A stretch of 63,997 bases of DNA, taken from NCBI GenBank assembly GCA_051294375.1, contig CM119270.1, positions 11,466,141-11,530,137 on the forward strand. Direction: 5' to 3'. The stretch is from Paraspadella gotoi. Taxonomy: Eukaryota > Animalia > Chaetognatha. The notes under the pieces were generated by a model. The model was not told the DNA's origin. It was given only the letters and a program-made list of their open reading frames with translations, and did no database searches. Below, piece by piece: positions 41,154 through 54,155 of the stretch (the stretch's first letter is position 1; each line of letters begins with the position of its first letter). Position numbers and translations under genes: made by a program.

Positions 41154-43326
41154 NNNNNNNNNNNNNNNNNNNNNNNNNNNNNNNNNNNNNNNNNNNNNNN
41201 NNNNNNNNNNNNNNNNNNNNNNNNNNNNNNNNNNNNNNNNNNNNNNNNNNNNNNNNNNNNNNNNNNNNNNNNNNNNNNNNNNNNNNNNNNNNNNNNNNNN
41301 NNNNNNNNNNNNNNNNNNNNNNNNNNNNNNNNNNNNNNNNNNNNNNNNNNNNNNNNNNNNNNNNNNNNNNNNNNNNNNNNNNNNNNNNNNNNNNNNNNNN
41401 NNNNNNNNNNNNNNNNNNNNNNNNNNNNNNNNNNNNAGCCAATCTCATTGGCTCAGAGGGGGAACGCACCATCCCAGGCCTTGCCTAACAATCCTAACGA
41501 CTTCCCTTCGCGTTTGCAAAGCGAGACCGTCCTAGGGTAACCCCGCCCGTGACAGGAGGCGTCACTGAAGGTCGAAAGCANNNNNNNNNNNNNNNNNNNN
41601 NNNNNNNNNNNNNNNNNNNNNNNNNNNNNNNNNNNNNNNNNNNNNNNNNNNNNNNNNNNNNNNNNNNNNNNNNNNNNNNNNNNNNNNNNNNNNNNNNNNN
41701 NNNNNNNNNNNNNNNNNNNNNNNNNNNNNNNNNNNNNNNNNNNNNNNNNNNNNNNNNNNNNNNNNNNNNNNNNNNNNNNNNNNNNNNNNNNNNNNNNNNN
41801 NNNNNNNNNNNNNNNNNNNNNNNNNNNNNNNNNNNNNNNNNNNNNNNNNNNNNNNNNNNNNNNNNNNNNNNNNNNNNNNNNNNNNNNNNNNNNNNNNNNN
41901 NNNNNNNNNNNNNNNNNNNNNNNNNNNNNNNNNNNNNNTTTTCCAGGTTCTCGTTAGTATTCTGGACCGAGAACCAGTCATTTTAACGTTTTAATTTTCA
42001 GAATTGGGAGAGAGAGAGAGAGAGAGAGAGATGCGAAAAGAGATGAATTATGATGGAGTAAGTCAGGAAGGTTTCGAAATACGAAACTTCAGAAAGTTTT
42101 CCCTCACGAAAAAAGAAAATATTACATTAAAGGAGAGTTTGACAAAAGGCGGGAAAAGCTCCTTCATTGCTTAAGACGCGAGTAGGTCTCATTTTCAGAG
42201 AACATTGCATCATTGTGCTGAATAAGTACGTAATATTGAAAAGTTGCTTTTGTACATAAGCTTTGAATTATTCATATTAAACGGTGTGACAATCAAGTTA
42301 ATTTGACGGGAAAAACAACTTTAACAAGGCTTTTACTCATCTCGAAAATGAAAGTCATGATTATTCCGATTACGAAAATTATGACGAAGATTTTTTATCC
42401 TGACAAAGATAATGATGAGGATGATCATGAAGAGGAGGAAGAGAAGGAGGAACTCCTCTCACGAGAGGGTATTTCATTCACTTTTCGATAATCCCGGCCT
42501 CATCTCCCTGGAAACCGCCCAAGGCCGCGCCGCGAGAAATTCAGGCGCGGCTTTTGAGTTATTCGCTTCTCTTTTTTCTTCTTCTATTTTTGTTATTCCG
42601 TTTTTATTTTTTTCTTATTCTTTTTTTTTCAAATTTATCTTCCTCTCTGGTAGCCATAGCCGATTAAATTTAAATGCTTATGTATACAGCGTTAAAATAA
42701 TCTATCATGAGCATAGATTATAGTACTAAAATTTTTTTTTCAAAAATGGTTTCTTCTGAGGGTACTAGCCTAATTAAAATTATTATATTACTATATAGCG
42801 AGAAAAAAAATTTGAAACCTTAAGATTTTTTATGGATTCTGATAGAGCAAAAAAGGTTGAACAAGAAATATAATTACAGCTTTTAAAAATTCTTACGATT
42901 TGTCAGTAAAAATCTAAAAAAACTGATGAAATCAACGAAAAATGATGATAATGATGATTTTTTACGATTTTTTACGTTTAAAATTTTATTCGCAAAATTT
43001 ATTCAAGAAGCCAAAATAAGAATTAAAAAAAATTGAAAGATTTAACTAAGAAGTAACTACATAGAAGTTAAATAAAATTGACATCCTTCCCATGATATAA
43101 GTTTCAAAAGGCTGCTTAAATTCCGTTCCATATTCCCTTGTGATCTTTAATAAACTCGAGTTCAAAATTCCTCAAATTCCAAATTCATCGGAAAAAAAAT
43201 TTCCATAAAATCATGAAAATCCAAAATGGCCGAAAAGCGAAAATCAATTTCTTTGTTGATCCCGGATTTAGGACGGAAGGAACCAAATTCTCAATCCTAG
43301 GCCAGCCACCATGGTATGTAGGTGCT

Positions 43327-43361
<35 letters not shown>

Positions 43362-44302
43362 NNNNNNNNNNNNNNNNNNNNNNNNNNNNNNNNNNNNNNN
43401 NNNNNNNNNNNNNNNNNNNNNNNNNNNNNNNNNNNNNNNNNNNNNNNNNNNNNNNNNNNNNNNNNNNNNNNNNNNNNNNNNNNNNNNNNNNNNNNNNNNN
43501 NNNNNNNNNNNNNNNNNNNNNNNNNNNNNTCTCTCATAGTATTTCATCATTGTAAGTTTCAAATTATTTTTATTTCAAATTATCCTTTTTTTATAACTGT
43601 TCGAAGCCTACTTATTGTGGTGATGTTAACTAACATAGTAGTATAAATCTAAAATTATTTCTTTACCCTTAATTTCAAAGCCTAAATTATATATTTTTTT
43701 TGAATCAGGTATAATCAGTATTATCTAAACAAATATCATTTAAGGAGCGGGGTAGAATAAAGAAAAAACATTTCCCTGTCAAATATTGTAAAACTTTTTT
43801 TTATCAACGAGTTCGAACAATTACTGTAGTTTCTTCCCGGGATTTTTCTTGAGATTTTGTTGTGACTTTTTCTGTTTTCTCATTTTCAATTTCTTTTGTT
43901 CATTTCGGTGAAGAGGGNNNNNNNNNNTTCTGTAGAAAGTATTTCGTTTTTTCCTTTAAATGAAAAGAAACAAGTTTGAGCAAACAATGCCGGATCTGCT
44001 CACGATCATAATCGGTAAGCAGCAGATCAGATGATAAATTAATTGATTAATTTTTTTTTTTTCAAATATCTTTTAAAAATTTCCTTTTAAAATTTTATTA
44101 ATAATTCATTAATAATTAATTATTAATTTAATTAATTAATAATTAGTGAGAGTTGGTGCAGCTTGCTTTTTTAGTTAATATAAAAGGAAAAAAAGCATAA
44201 TCAAAGATTGAAACGGTTTTTTACATTTAAGCTCATTTTTACTTTGACGATTCCATCGTAACTTGACTTCCAGCTCAATCACACACTTGTTTACCGACAT
44301 AC

Positions 44303-44417
44303 GAAATTTCAAGTAAATCAAGTAATCGGCGTTTAAAGCTAAGACAAGATTCTTGGGTGGGAGCGATCGACCGACCAAGTGAATCGTAGAGCCGGAATCT
44401 ACTATATGCAGATCCAG
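44303..44417 (-). other. candidate orphan exon (115 nt) or retropepsin-like fragment
   Basis: ttccctttaatttttag| acceptor and C|gtatgt donor. Two frames are open: LDLHIVDSGSTIHLVGRSLPPKNLVLALNADYLIYLKF or GSAYSRFRLYDSLGRSIAPTQESCLSFKRRLLDLLEI. Confidence 0.3.
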
Positions 44418-44687
44418 CTAAAAATTAAAGGGAAAAAAATTCTTCATTTACTGAATTTCAATAAAAGGTTTTTCTTTATCAGTTTTATACTTCTAAGGGC
44501 AATAATTTAGTTTTACATAAACTTAACTTACAAATCTCATTTCATTATTCTATTGCATCTTNNNNNNNNNNNNNNNNNNNNNNNNNNNNNNNNNNNNNNN
44601 NNNNNNNNNNNNNNNNNNNNNNNNNNNNTCTCTTCTCTCTCTCTCTCCTCTCTCTTTTCCTCTGCTCCTCTCTCTTCTCCTTCTCTT

Positions 44688-44721
<34 letters not shown>

Positions 44722-45225
44722 TCCGTTCCTTTACCCACGTCTTCTTCCCTCTAAATTCTTTCCCACAATTTGTTCCATTCTTCGGCAAATATACTCTCTC
44801 ATTCGGTACCACTCGCTGCCAGTCCTCGGGGCTCACCTCTCTGAGAACCTTTTTCTTTCCTCTTTACGAAGACACTTTGCCACATTTTTTGGCTTACACA
44901 TTTTTACATTTCCCTTTCTCCGATAAGCAATTACTCATTTCATCCCTCAATCTTCTTCCCCGCTTCGTTATCCTCATTTCATTTTTTTTTCTTTTTTGCT
45001 TCATTTTCTACTTTTTTTATATCTCCTTAGCACTGCCGCATCGTCTTCTTTTCTTTTCCTATCTTCTCTTCTCATCCTCTACTTCTCTTTTCCTATCTTT
45101 TACCAATTCTCCTCTCCTCTCCCTTTCTTTTTTCACCTCGAAGACGGGAGGCCGCGACTCTTCAGCTTTCCCATTTTTCTCTTTTCAGTCCACTTTTCTT
45201 CATCCTTCACTCGCTCTCCCTGCCT

Positions 45226-45325
45226 CTCCACTCTCCCCCCTTCCACTCTTCCCCCTTCCACTCTCCCCCCTTCCACTCTTCCCCCTTCCACTCTCCCCCC
45301 TTCCACTCTCCCCCCTTCCACTCTC
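45226..45325 (+). repeat. 15-bp pyrimidine minisatellite (TTCCACTCTYCCCCC, ~6 copies)
   Basis: Translated as PPSTL repeats in ORF 44996..45529. The complementary strand has regularly spaced G5-G6 runs. Confidence 0.85.
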
Positions 45326-47613
45326 TACGACGCGGAGACGGGAGGCCACGACTTTTCAATGTTCCCATTTTTCTCACGGAATCTCTATTGTCTTTATTCC
45401 TTTCCCGATTCCTCGATTCCCGGTTTTTTTCTCTATTTTTTTATCCCCTTTTTTATTTCCTTTTACTTTTTTTCTATTTTTTTAAGATTTCTGTCCTTAA
45501 CTGTTTCCATACTACGCCCTAGTGTTTGATTCATGTTTTTACGTTTGTTTGAAGANNNNNNNNNNGACGCCAACGACGAGGATGACGACGACGACGACGA
45601 CGACAATCGATTTCTTCCCGCGAGATTTCCGGGAAAATGAGTCACGTGACAGGGAATTCAGAAGTGGAGTGATTGGACAAAAGTACAAAGAGGAGATTTA
45701 TCTTGTAATTAACGAAAAAGAAAGTAGCATAGTCGAAACTCAGCTGCAACGATTAGAGTTTCGCCTTNNNNNNNNNNNNNNNNNNNNNNNNNNNNNNNNN
45801 NNNNNNNNNNNNNNNNNNNNNNNNNNNNNNNNNNNNNNNNNNNNNNNNNNNNNNNNNNNNNNNNNNNNNNNNNNNNNNNNNNNNNNNNNNNNNNNNNNNN
45901 NNNNNNNNNNNNNNNNNNNNNNNNNNNNNNNNNNNNNNNNNNNNNNNNNNNNNNNNNNNNNNNNNNNNNNNNNNNNNNNNNNNNNNNNNNNNNNNNNNNN
46001 NNNNNNNNNNNNNNGAACCCGTGAATGGACCTGAGGCGAAGCACGGGTATCCGCGTCTCTCAGTGACCGAAACAAAAGACGCAATCGCGGAAAAAAAAAC
46101 TTAAAAAACCGCAACAAAAGAACAAAACAAGAAAGAGAAGAAAAAAGCGAATAAAAAAACCAAACAAAAGAGAAACAAAGGACAAAAAAGGAAAAGAGAA
46201 TCGCGCTGAGTTCCGTGAAATTATTTTTCGCACGGGAATTTGCTTGGATAATGAAAAAGAAAAAAAAATTGAAACGAGTACCAACTTGAGCAGAAAAGTT
46301 TTTTTTTCTCTTTTAAATTTAAAGATTTTAAAATATTTTCTTTTTTTTTTCTTTGAAAAACTAAAACTATTCAATTAAATCTCAAATTTTTCATGTTTTA
46401 TTCGTTCTCGAGCAATAAGGTAACTTCAAAACAAAGACTACATGTACTTCTGTTGTAACAAAAAGAAAAAAAACTTACGAAAAACGATACGATATCCCCG
46501 CGCTCAGAAAGACCAACAAAAGCAAAGGAAGGAATATAAAAGAAAGAGTGAAGAAAAAAGAAAAAGAGGGAAAAAGAAATGACAAGAAAAGTACGAAGTC
46601 AGCGTCTNNNNNNNNNNNNNNNNNNNNNNNNNNNNNNNNNNNNNNNNNNNNNNNNNNNNNNNNNNNNNNNNNNNNNNNNNNNNNNNNNNNNNNNNNNNNN
46701 NNNNNNNNNNNNNNNNNNNNNNNNNNNNNNNNNNNNNNNNNNNNNNNNNNNNNNNNNNNNNNNNNNNNNNNNNNNNNNNNNNNNNNNNNNNNNNNNNNNN
46801 NNNNNNNNNNNNGTGAATCGTCATACAAAACTTAAAGCAGCCTCCGCACTCGTGCCTCCCTCTTTACAAAATAGAAACTGCGGCATGTGGCAGCATGAAA
46901 CAGGAGTTGCGGCATGTAAAAGTTGCTCACCAAAAATGGCTGCTCGCTGGTGAATCGAATTGGTTTACCATCTTTCCACTGTGGCAGAGAAATGAACAAG
47001 AAACATAGTCGATGAAGAGGGAACTTTGAGAGGCATTGTTGATGGCGAGAGGCATGAACAATTGGCATGGTTGAGCGGCATGGAGCAGCGACAAGTTGCG
47101 GAAAAAAATCACAAGAAGAATGACCGAAGGAAGTTCGTCTTGCACCCGCGGGTTTCCCTCGCAATAATTGCATTGAAAAAATAAAGGGGAAGGCAAGTGA
47201 GGCTGGGGGGGAGAGGATTTAAAGCGATTTGTAACTGGGTATATTTTTTTGTTTTAATCGTTCTGTACAAATTGTTAAATTAGAAGGAAAATCATAAAGT
47301 GGTGCCATTATAAGTTTTTTCTTTGGGAGAGGGGAAATATTTTAAATCTAGTAAACCAGACATCGATAATATCTTTGTTATAATTCTTATTCTTATTCAG
47401 CCGATCGCGTTTATCGAATTCGCTATCATCCCTTCCGGCTCCAGAATCAGTTTAGCCAATCAGGAAGGTTTCTCCATCTCATTTCAACCGGTGAGATTCC
47501 CAATTCTTTTCTTCCTTTCGGCGACTGATTTCTTTCTTGTTCTTTTCTATAATCGCCATCTGCCGTCGGTCGAATCGGGAGAAAACGGAAAAAGCAAATA
47601 AACAAAACATTTT

Positions 47614-50600
47614 CGTAATACAAAATAACCTACAAAATTATTCAAGTCGTGCACGTAATTTAATTATAAGTTCTAAGTTAATTNNNNNNNNNNNNNNNNN
47701 NNNNNNNNNNNNNNNNNNNNNNNNNNNNNNNNNNNNNNNNNNNNNNNNNNNNNNNNNNNNNNNNNNNNNNNNNNNNNNNNNNNNNNNNNNNNNNNNNNNN
47801 NNNNNNNNNNNNNNNNNNNNNNNNNNNNNNNNNNNNNNNNNNNNNNNNNNNNNNNNNNNNNNNNNNNNNNNNNNNNNNNNNNNNNNNNNNNNNNNNNNNN
47901 NNNNNNNNNNNNNNNNNAATAGGCGCACAAGTATCATTTTATAGGATAACTAAAATTCTAAAAATTGAACAAAGCAAACTCCTGTAGTTATGACATATTG
48001 GTTATTACATTACTTACTGGTTTTATATTGGTTGTACCAATTTTATAAAGCAATTGGTAAAAAAAATTTTCGGTGATTTTTTAAAAATAATTTTTAAATT
48101 ATTTATTTTTTAATATTTATCAAATATTTTTTATAATATTAATTAAAAAATATTTTAAATATTTTCTTTAGATGCAGGACATTAACAACCATTAGCAACC
48201 ATATTGTTCTGGCTTAATGATTCAATCGCTCACAACTTCAAATAATAGAATTTAAATAGAAAATTATTTGGCATATTTTTATTAATTTTTATAATTTTTT
48301 AATATTTGTTTATTTCTAATGCACTTATTTAATACAAATTAAAATTTAAATAATTTATAATTGAAGTAATCCTTTCTTTTTCGTTGTTACTATTANNNNN
48401 NNNNNNNNNNNNNNNNNNNNNNNNNNNNNNNNNNNNNNNNNNNNNNNNNNNNNNNNNNNNNNNNNNNNNNNNNNNNNNNNNNNNNNNNNNNNNNNNNNNN
48501 NNNNNNNNNNNNNNNNNNNNNNNNNNNNNNNNNNNNNNNNNNNNNNNNNNNNNNNNNNNNNNNNNNNNNNNNNNNNNNNNNNNNNNNNNNNNNNNNNNNN
48601 NNNNNNNNNNNNNNNNNNNNNNNNNNNNNNNNNNNNNNNNNNNNNNNNNNNNNNNNNNNNNNNNNNNNNNNNNNNNNNNNNNNNAAAGAAGTCTGGGCTG
48701 CATCCTCCCCAGTCTCCACCCCCCTCCCTCGCCTCCGCCACAGACGGACGAACGCGTCGCCCGAAGGAGAGAGACAAACCGTAATTAATTGGAAACGGAG
48801 ATCGAAAAAAAGAAGAACAACGAGAGTCTGAGTCGCGCCGTCGTGCGGCGGGAAATCGACGAACAAGTGACCATCCGTTATTCCGTGAAAATCTTCTCTC
48901 GTTTGTCCGCTTCGATTACGTTCCGAGTTTTTAGGTTTATTCTTCTTGTTTTAGGATTTTTTTTTCTTTTTTCTATTTTGTCCTAGCATTACTTTTTTTC
49001 TTTTTCTTTTTGTACTTTCGCACTTTTTGATNNNNNNNNNNATAGTAATTGATTATTGATGCGATGATAACCAATTATTGTTGCGATGATAGTCATTCAC
49101 TGATATAATAAAAGTCATTCGCTGATGTGATGATAGTCANNNNNNNNNNNNNNNNNNNNNNNNNTGAATAGTCCGTTCAACTGATGCGATACATTCGTGC
49201 ATTCACTGATTGCAATGGTAGTCATGTCATGGAGGCGATGAGGTCATTCATCGAAAATAAGATAAAGATGAGAGAGAGAGAGAGAGAGAGAGATGAGAGG
49301 GAGAGGAGAAGGTCAGCCGCTGCAAGTAGATTGAAGGGTCTCGTTTTATAGACGAAATCAGAAGTAGGCTATCGACAAAATGGAGAGAGAAAGAGCCGCG
49401 ACAATATTAATCTAAAGAGAGTTTAGAGGAGCGAACATATAGTTGTAAAACGTAATTCGTAATTAGTAGTTGAGTTTTTTATATAAAGATAGATATAATT
49501 GTTTGTTTATAAATAAAGAGAGTAATATAATGCCGAGATGGATTACAGTAGGAAAGATATGACAATTTTTAGAAAGACGCTTTGATGATTTACTGGAACC
49601 AGATCTAAATTTTAGCTTCCTACGATTTCCACAACTTTGTTGATATCATAGCGAGGACGGCACCAAAGATATGCAAGTGGCTAAACGTTTATGGCTTCGC
49701 ACAAAGGAAGACAGCAACCCGAGCGAACAGACGGACAGAAACAGATGGATTGTCTCGATCTTAAAAAGTCTCTCCGGCATATTTTCGTGGTCGAATCTCG
49801 AATTATGCGTATGATTATTTTTTTCAGAGGCAAAAGAAAAATATGTTTCATGCTAAATTCTGCGGGTCGCGACGGACGACAAAGTCATTTTTCGCGGGGC
49901 GAAGTATATCTCGAAGTTTATTCCAGCGTGAAGTAATCTCGATGTGGGACGTCAATACACTTTTGGTGTGGGATTACATCATTGATAGAGTTTTGTCACG
50001 TGGAGTTAAGCCAAATATGGAGAATAAGATAAGGTGGCATAAGGTCGGGTGGCATAACATAAAAAAATGGATGATGAAAAGAAAACTTTCATGTTTTTTT
50101 TAATTTAAGGGGCAAGATAAGAATTTGTTTTTCAGACTTTCTTGTAAGAGAATTAAAGCTCATATGAAGCTTGCCCGTGCTTAGTATTAGATGGCGTTTA
50201 TCTATCAAGAACAATTTAAAACCTATTTCGATGACAATAGTCATGTCGTATCTTTAGTGGCGCTAAAATTATGACGACATCAGCCCTTCTGTTGGAAATT
50301 TTTGCCTGTTGTTTGCAGGGGTATTTCTTTCGCTTGTCGGTGCCGTAGCGGAACGGCTTCATCCCGAAGTCAGAGGATTTGCGGGTGTATGAATGTTAAA
50401 ATGTGAGCTGTCGGCAAGTAAAAGTGGATCGAGGAAAAAAGCGCAAAATCTTCACGCTTTTTTGCTGCTCTTATATTTTTTATCGAGCTTGACCGGCGAC
50501 CGAGGGTCAGGCTCTATTATGATGGTTTTAGGGTTGCTTCTTTGTGAGGTAGTCGGTAGCGTCGTCGGTCGGTCGTAAAGTCGTCCGTCACGGCTGTTTT

Positions 50601-53263
50601 TGTATATAAAGACTATAGCGGCTGGTTATAGGTTTGGCTGTGATGTAGCCGGTTTTTTTTAAAAATAAAAATTTTATTATAAATGTATGATAATGTTTTA
50701 CATAAAGTGTGCAATCATGATGTGAAGTTTAAAAATTTAGATTAAGCTGGCGCTTTTCATATCTTGAAATAGCTGTGATCATTTTCAATATTGACATTTG
50801 AGACTTTTAAGTATTTTGACTGTTTGATTTCCACGTTATCAATTATGAATTTACTGCTATAGTTTAATAATGAGATTAAAGTAAGCTTCCTATAATTGCC
50901 AAATTAGTATATAGAAATGCTTTTAATCTAATTTACATATTGCAAGTATAATATAATATTGAAGATGAATCAAAAAATTTGTTTAAAAATTAAATTTTAA
51001 TAAAAATGGGAAACATCTAAAGGAATTTGTTGTTTATGTGAAGCTTACGTCTTAATTTTAATTATCAAATATAGAATTTAAATGCTTTTACAAAGCTGCG
51101 ATTGGAAAATAATTGAAAATATTTCCAATTGTATAAAATTGTAACATGTATTTTTTTGGCGGCCTTCTTTTATTTATTTAAAATTAATATAGTGGTGATA
51201 TTTGTTTTTCCTATATTTGGTCAGTCTGCTGCTTTTTTCTGAACCCTTAACTAATAACGAGTTCAGGTTCTGCGTGATGTTCAGCTGCTTTCCAAGCTTT
51301 CTCTTTTCTTGTCTGTCTCTTTGTCTCTCTTTTTCTCTTTCTGTCTCTCTTTCTTTTCTCTTTACTGGTGCATTCTGTCTCTTTTTTTGAAAAATTCTGA
51401 TTTTTGTTTTTCCTTTCAATAAACTTTTATTATCGCCATTCATCTATATCGCGCGCTTTTTTTTTCAATACAAGATAATCCAAAATTTATTATCTGAGAT
51501 ATAATTGGAAAGAAATTTCGGTTTTTCTTTCTCTCTCTCATCTCTCTCGTCCTCTCTCTCTCTTATTATGTTTAAAATAATATAAAGAATAATTATATAG
51601 TGATATGCATTATACACATATAATTATCAGCCTAATTGGTGACCTAATTATATATATGCATCACTTTCGCCGGAATAATATACCATTTGGCATGCATCAC
51701 TATTATAGAAAAGAAAAAATTGTTTTTATTTATTATTGCATTTGGAGCGTTGGCCCACTATTTGTGGCATTAATTATTATTCTAAAATAGGAGTTGATAT
51801 TGATTTGGATTGTTATATGTATGGTTCAATATTAATAATTAATCTTGTGTTTTTGTTATTCTGTATAAGTTTGGTACTTATTTATTTAAATTTATAAATA
51901 TTTTTAAGTGATAATAGTTTATTTTAATCTGTTTTATACTTTTTTTTTAAATAATAATTATTTAAGTGTTGATAGATTATTTAAAATAATTTAAATATTG
52001 GCAAATAGTTAAATTTTGGAACTCGGTCTTGTTTCTTCCTGAAAAAAGAACAATTCTTTTTTCTTCTTCTTCTCTCTTGTCTCTTCTCTTCTCTTCTCTC
52101 TCTCTTCATCTCTCTCTCTTTGCGTTTCTCTCTCTTATTTTTTTCCTTCTAAAAGCTTTTATTTTATGCCGATTTATTGTACGAGTTGTTCTGGTGATTT
52201 TTGTTTATCCTTCTAGACAAACTTATTATTTATCGTTCTCATTTTATTATTTTATCTCAATCCAAATTCCCAAAATGTACAATAACTTTTACTTAATGCC
52301 TAGATTTTCGTGGTTCGTGTTGCGGATGTGCTAACGAATGTAAACTCAATGTCAGAAAGCATGACCTACGATAAGGCGTTATGTTGAGTATAAAAAAAAG
52401 ATCAAGCAATGAGGTAGCTCGCAATTTCACGAGCGTTATTGCGAGGGCAACGATAACCGATTTTTAGAACGAGAGTGACTAATAATGGACGTCTCGTTGG
52501 TGGGAAAACTCTCTCTCTCTTCTCTCTTCCCTCTTTTCTCTCTCTCTCTCTCTGGTCTGCTGGTTCCTCTCTCTCTAGGTTCTCGGTCTCTCTTCTTCTC
52601 TCTCCTTCGATTCTTTCGTCTCGTCTTCTCTCTCTCTGCTCTCTCTCTTTTTTTTTGCTTCTAAAAAATCTTTTATTATCGGCCATTTCTTCGCGGGCTT
52701 TTGCTTCTTCAGTATCAAAATTGCACGAATTCTACATCTTCGAGATTTTCGTGTGGATTTTTTTGTTCTAAAATTCTGAATTATATTTCTTTATAGTATG
52801 GTAATTCGAGAGTTAGTACCTTAGATAATTGCGTGTTTCGTGTTTTGTGCTGGGTAAATTATCGTGTGCCGCTGCTCTGCTTTCCTCTCGTTCTCTCGTC
52901 GTTTCTTCTCTCTCTCATGCTCTTGCTCTTCGTCTGCTCTCGTCTCTCTGCTCTCTCTCTCTTTCAGCTTACATAGCAGTTTGTTTGTTTTTAAATTTAG
53001 TCGATGAATGATATCATTCGCGTCAATGATATTGCACTATCATCGGCATCAATGAAAGTACTATCATGTCGTATCCAATGAAATTTGATATATCATTCGA
53101 TATATCATAACTGAATTCGACATATCTATCGCGTCAAGTGATTTGGTTATCAAATTGATCATATTTGGGTGTAGTCATGCGTTAATGCAATGATTTGGTT
53201 ATGTCATGATCGGGAACAGGCTGGCTCGATCTTTATGCTTTTAAGATATTGTTTTTTCACTTG
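47614..53263 (+). repeat. redundant direct copy of 53380-58283; 49165-53263 is very insertion-rich
   Basis: caaaataacctacaaa occurs near 47621 and 53385, and ggctcgatctttatgcttttaagat occurs near 53223 and 58243, with colinear sequence between. 53264-53354 repeats ~54866-54960 a third time. Confidence 0.9.
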
Positions 53264-53987
53264 AGAGAGAGAGCGCGACATATAATTAAAAGAGAGATAG
53301 AGAGCGACATATAATTAAAACGTAATTCGTAATTAGTAGTAGTTTTTATATAAANNNNNNNNNNNNNNNNNNNNNNNNNTATAACAAAATAACCTACAAA
53401 ATATTCAAGTCCTGCACGTAATTTAATTATTAAGTTCTAAGTTATATTCTACAGTGTGTCCCAATGGAACTGCTCCAATACCAGATCGAAAAACTTTTAA
53501 TTCATTATAATGAATAGGCGCACAAGTATCATTTTTAGGAAACTAAAATTCTTAAAAATTGAACCAAAGCAAACTCCTGTAGTTATGACATATTGGTTAT
53601 TACATACTTACTGGTTTTATATTGGTTGTACCAATTTTATAAAGCAATTGGTAAAAAAAATTTTCGGTGATTTTTTTAAAAATAATTTTTAAATTATTTA
53701 TTTTTAATATTTATCAAATATTTTTTATATATTAATTAAAAAATATTTTGAAATATTTTCTTTAGTGCAGGACATTATACAACCATTAGCAACCATATTG
53801 TTCTGTCCTAATGATTCAATCGCTCACAACTTCAAATAATATAATTTAAATAGAAAATTATTTGGCATATTTTTATTAATTTTATAATTTTTTAATATTT
53901 GTTTATTTCTAATGCACTTATTTAATACAAATTAAAATTAAATAATTTATAATTGAAGTAATCCTTTCTTTTCTTGTTACTATTAAG

Positions 53988-54155
53988 TAGAGAATTGGAC
54001 AAAGTTTTTGTTTGCAACGAATTTTATTATAAGTTGAACAGACATGTTTCGACTTGTTTTACAAGCCTTCATCAGCTTGTAAAACAAGTCGAAACATGTC
54101 TGATCAACTATAAATAAATAAAATTCGTTGCAAACAAAACTTTGTCAATTCTCTA
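53988..54155. repeat. 168-bp hairpin (arms 53988-54066 and 54075-54155, 8-nt loop); probable inverted Penelope-like terminal repeat remnant
   Basis: tagagaatt...gacatgtttcgacttgttttacaagc / cttcatca / gcttgtaaaacaagtcgaaacatgtc...aattctcta. Confidence 0.8.
54041..54075 (-). ncRNA. minimal (Penelope-type) hammerhead ribozyme core; stem I disrupted
   Basis: The minus strand reads CUGAUGA A GGCUUG UAAAA CAAGUC GAAA C AUG UC. It has both conserved boxes, a 6-bp stem II, a palindromic ACAUGU in place of stem III, and a GUC cleavage triplet. Confidence 0.6.

Larger units (their letters stand above)
38706..53379. other. gapped scaffold segment: many N runs, including four exactly 25-N gaps (38706-38730, 40106-40130, 49140-49164, 53355-53379) and three 10-N gaps
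   Basis: Counted from the sequence. Several of the longer gaps abut (CT)n tracts or a hairpin. Confidence 0.95.

Noticed and set aside
43301-43314. Perfect vertebrate Kozak GCCACCATGG as a gene start
   Set aside because: The vertebrate consensus is not diagnostic in this genome, and no downstream coding exon could be linked across the gaps.
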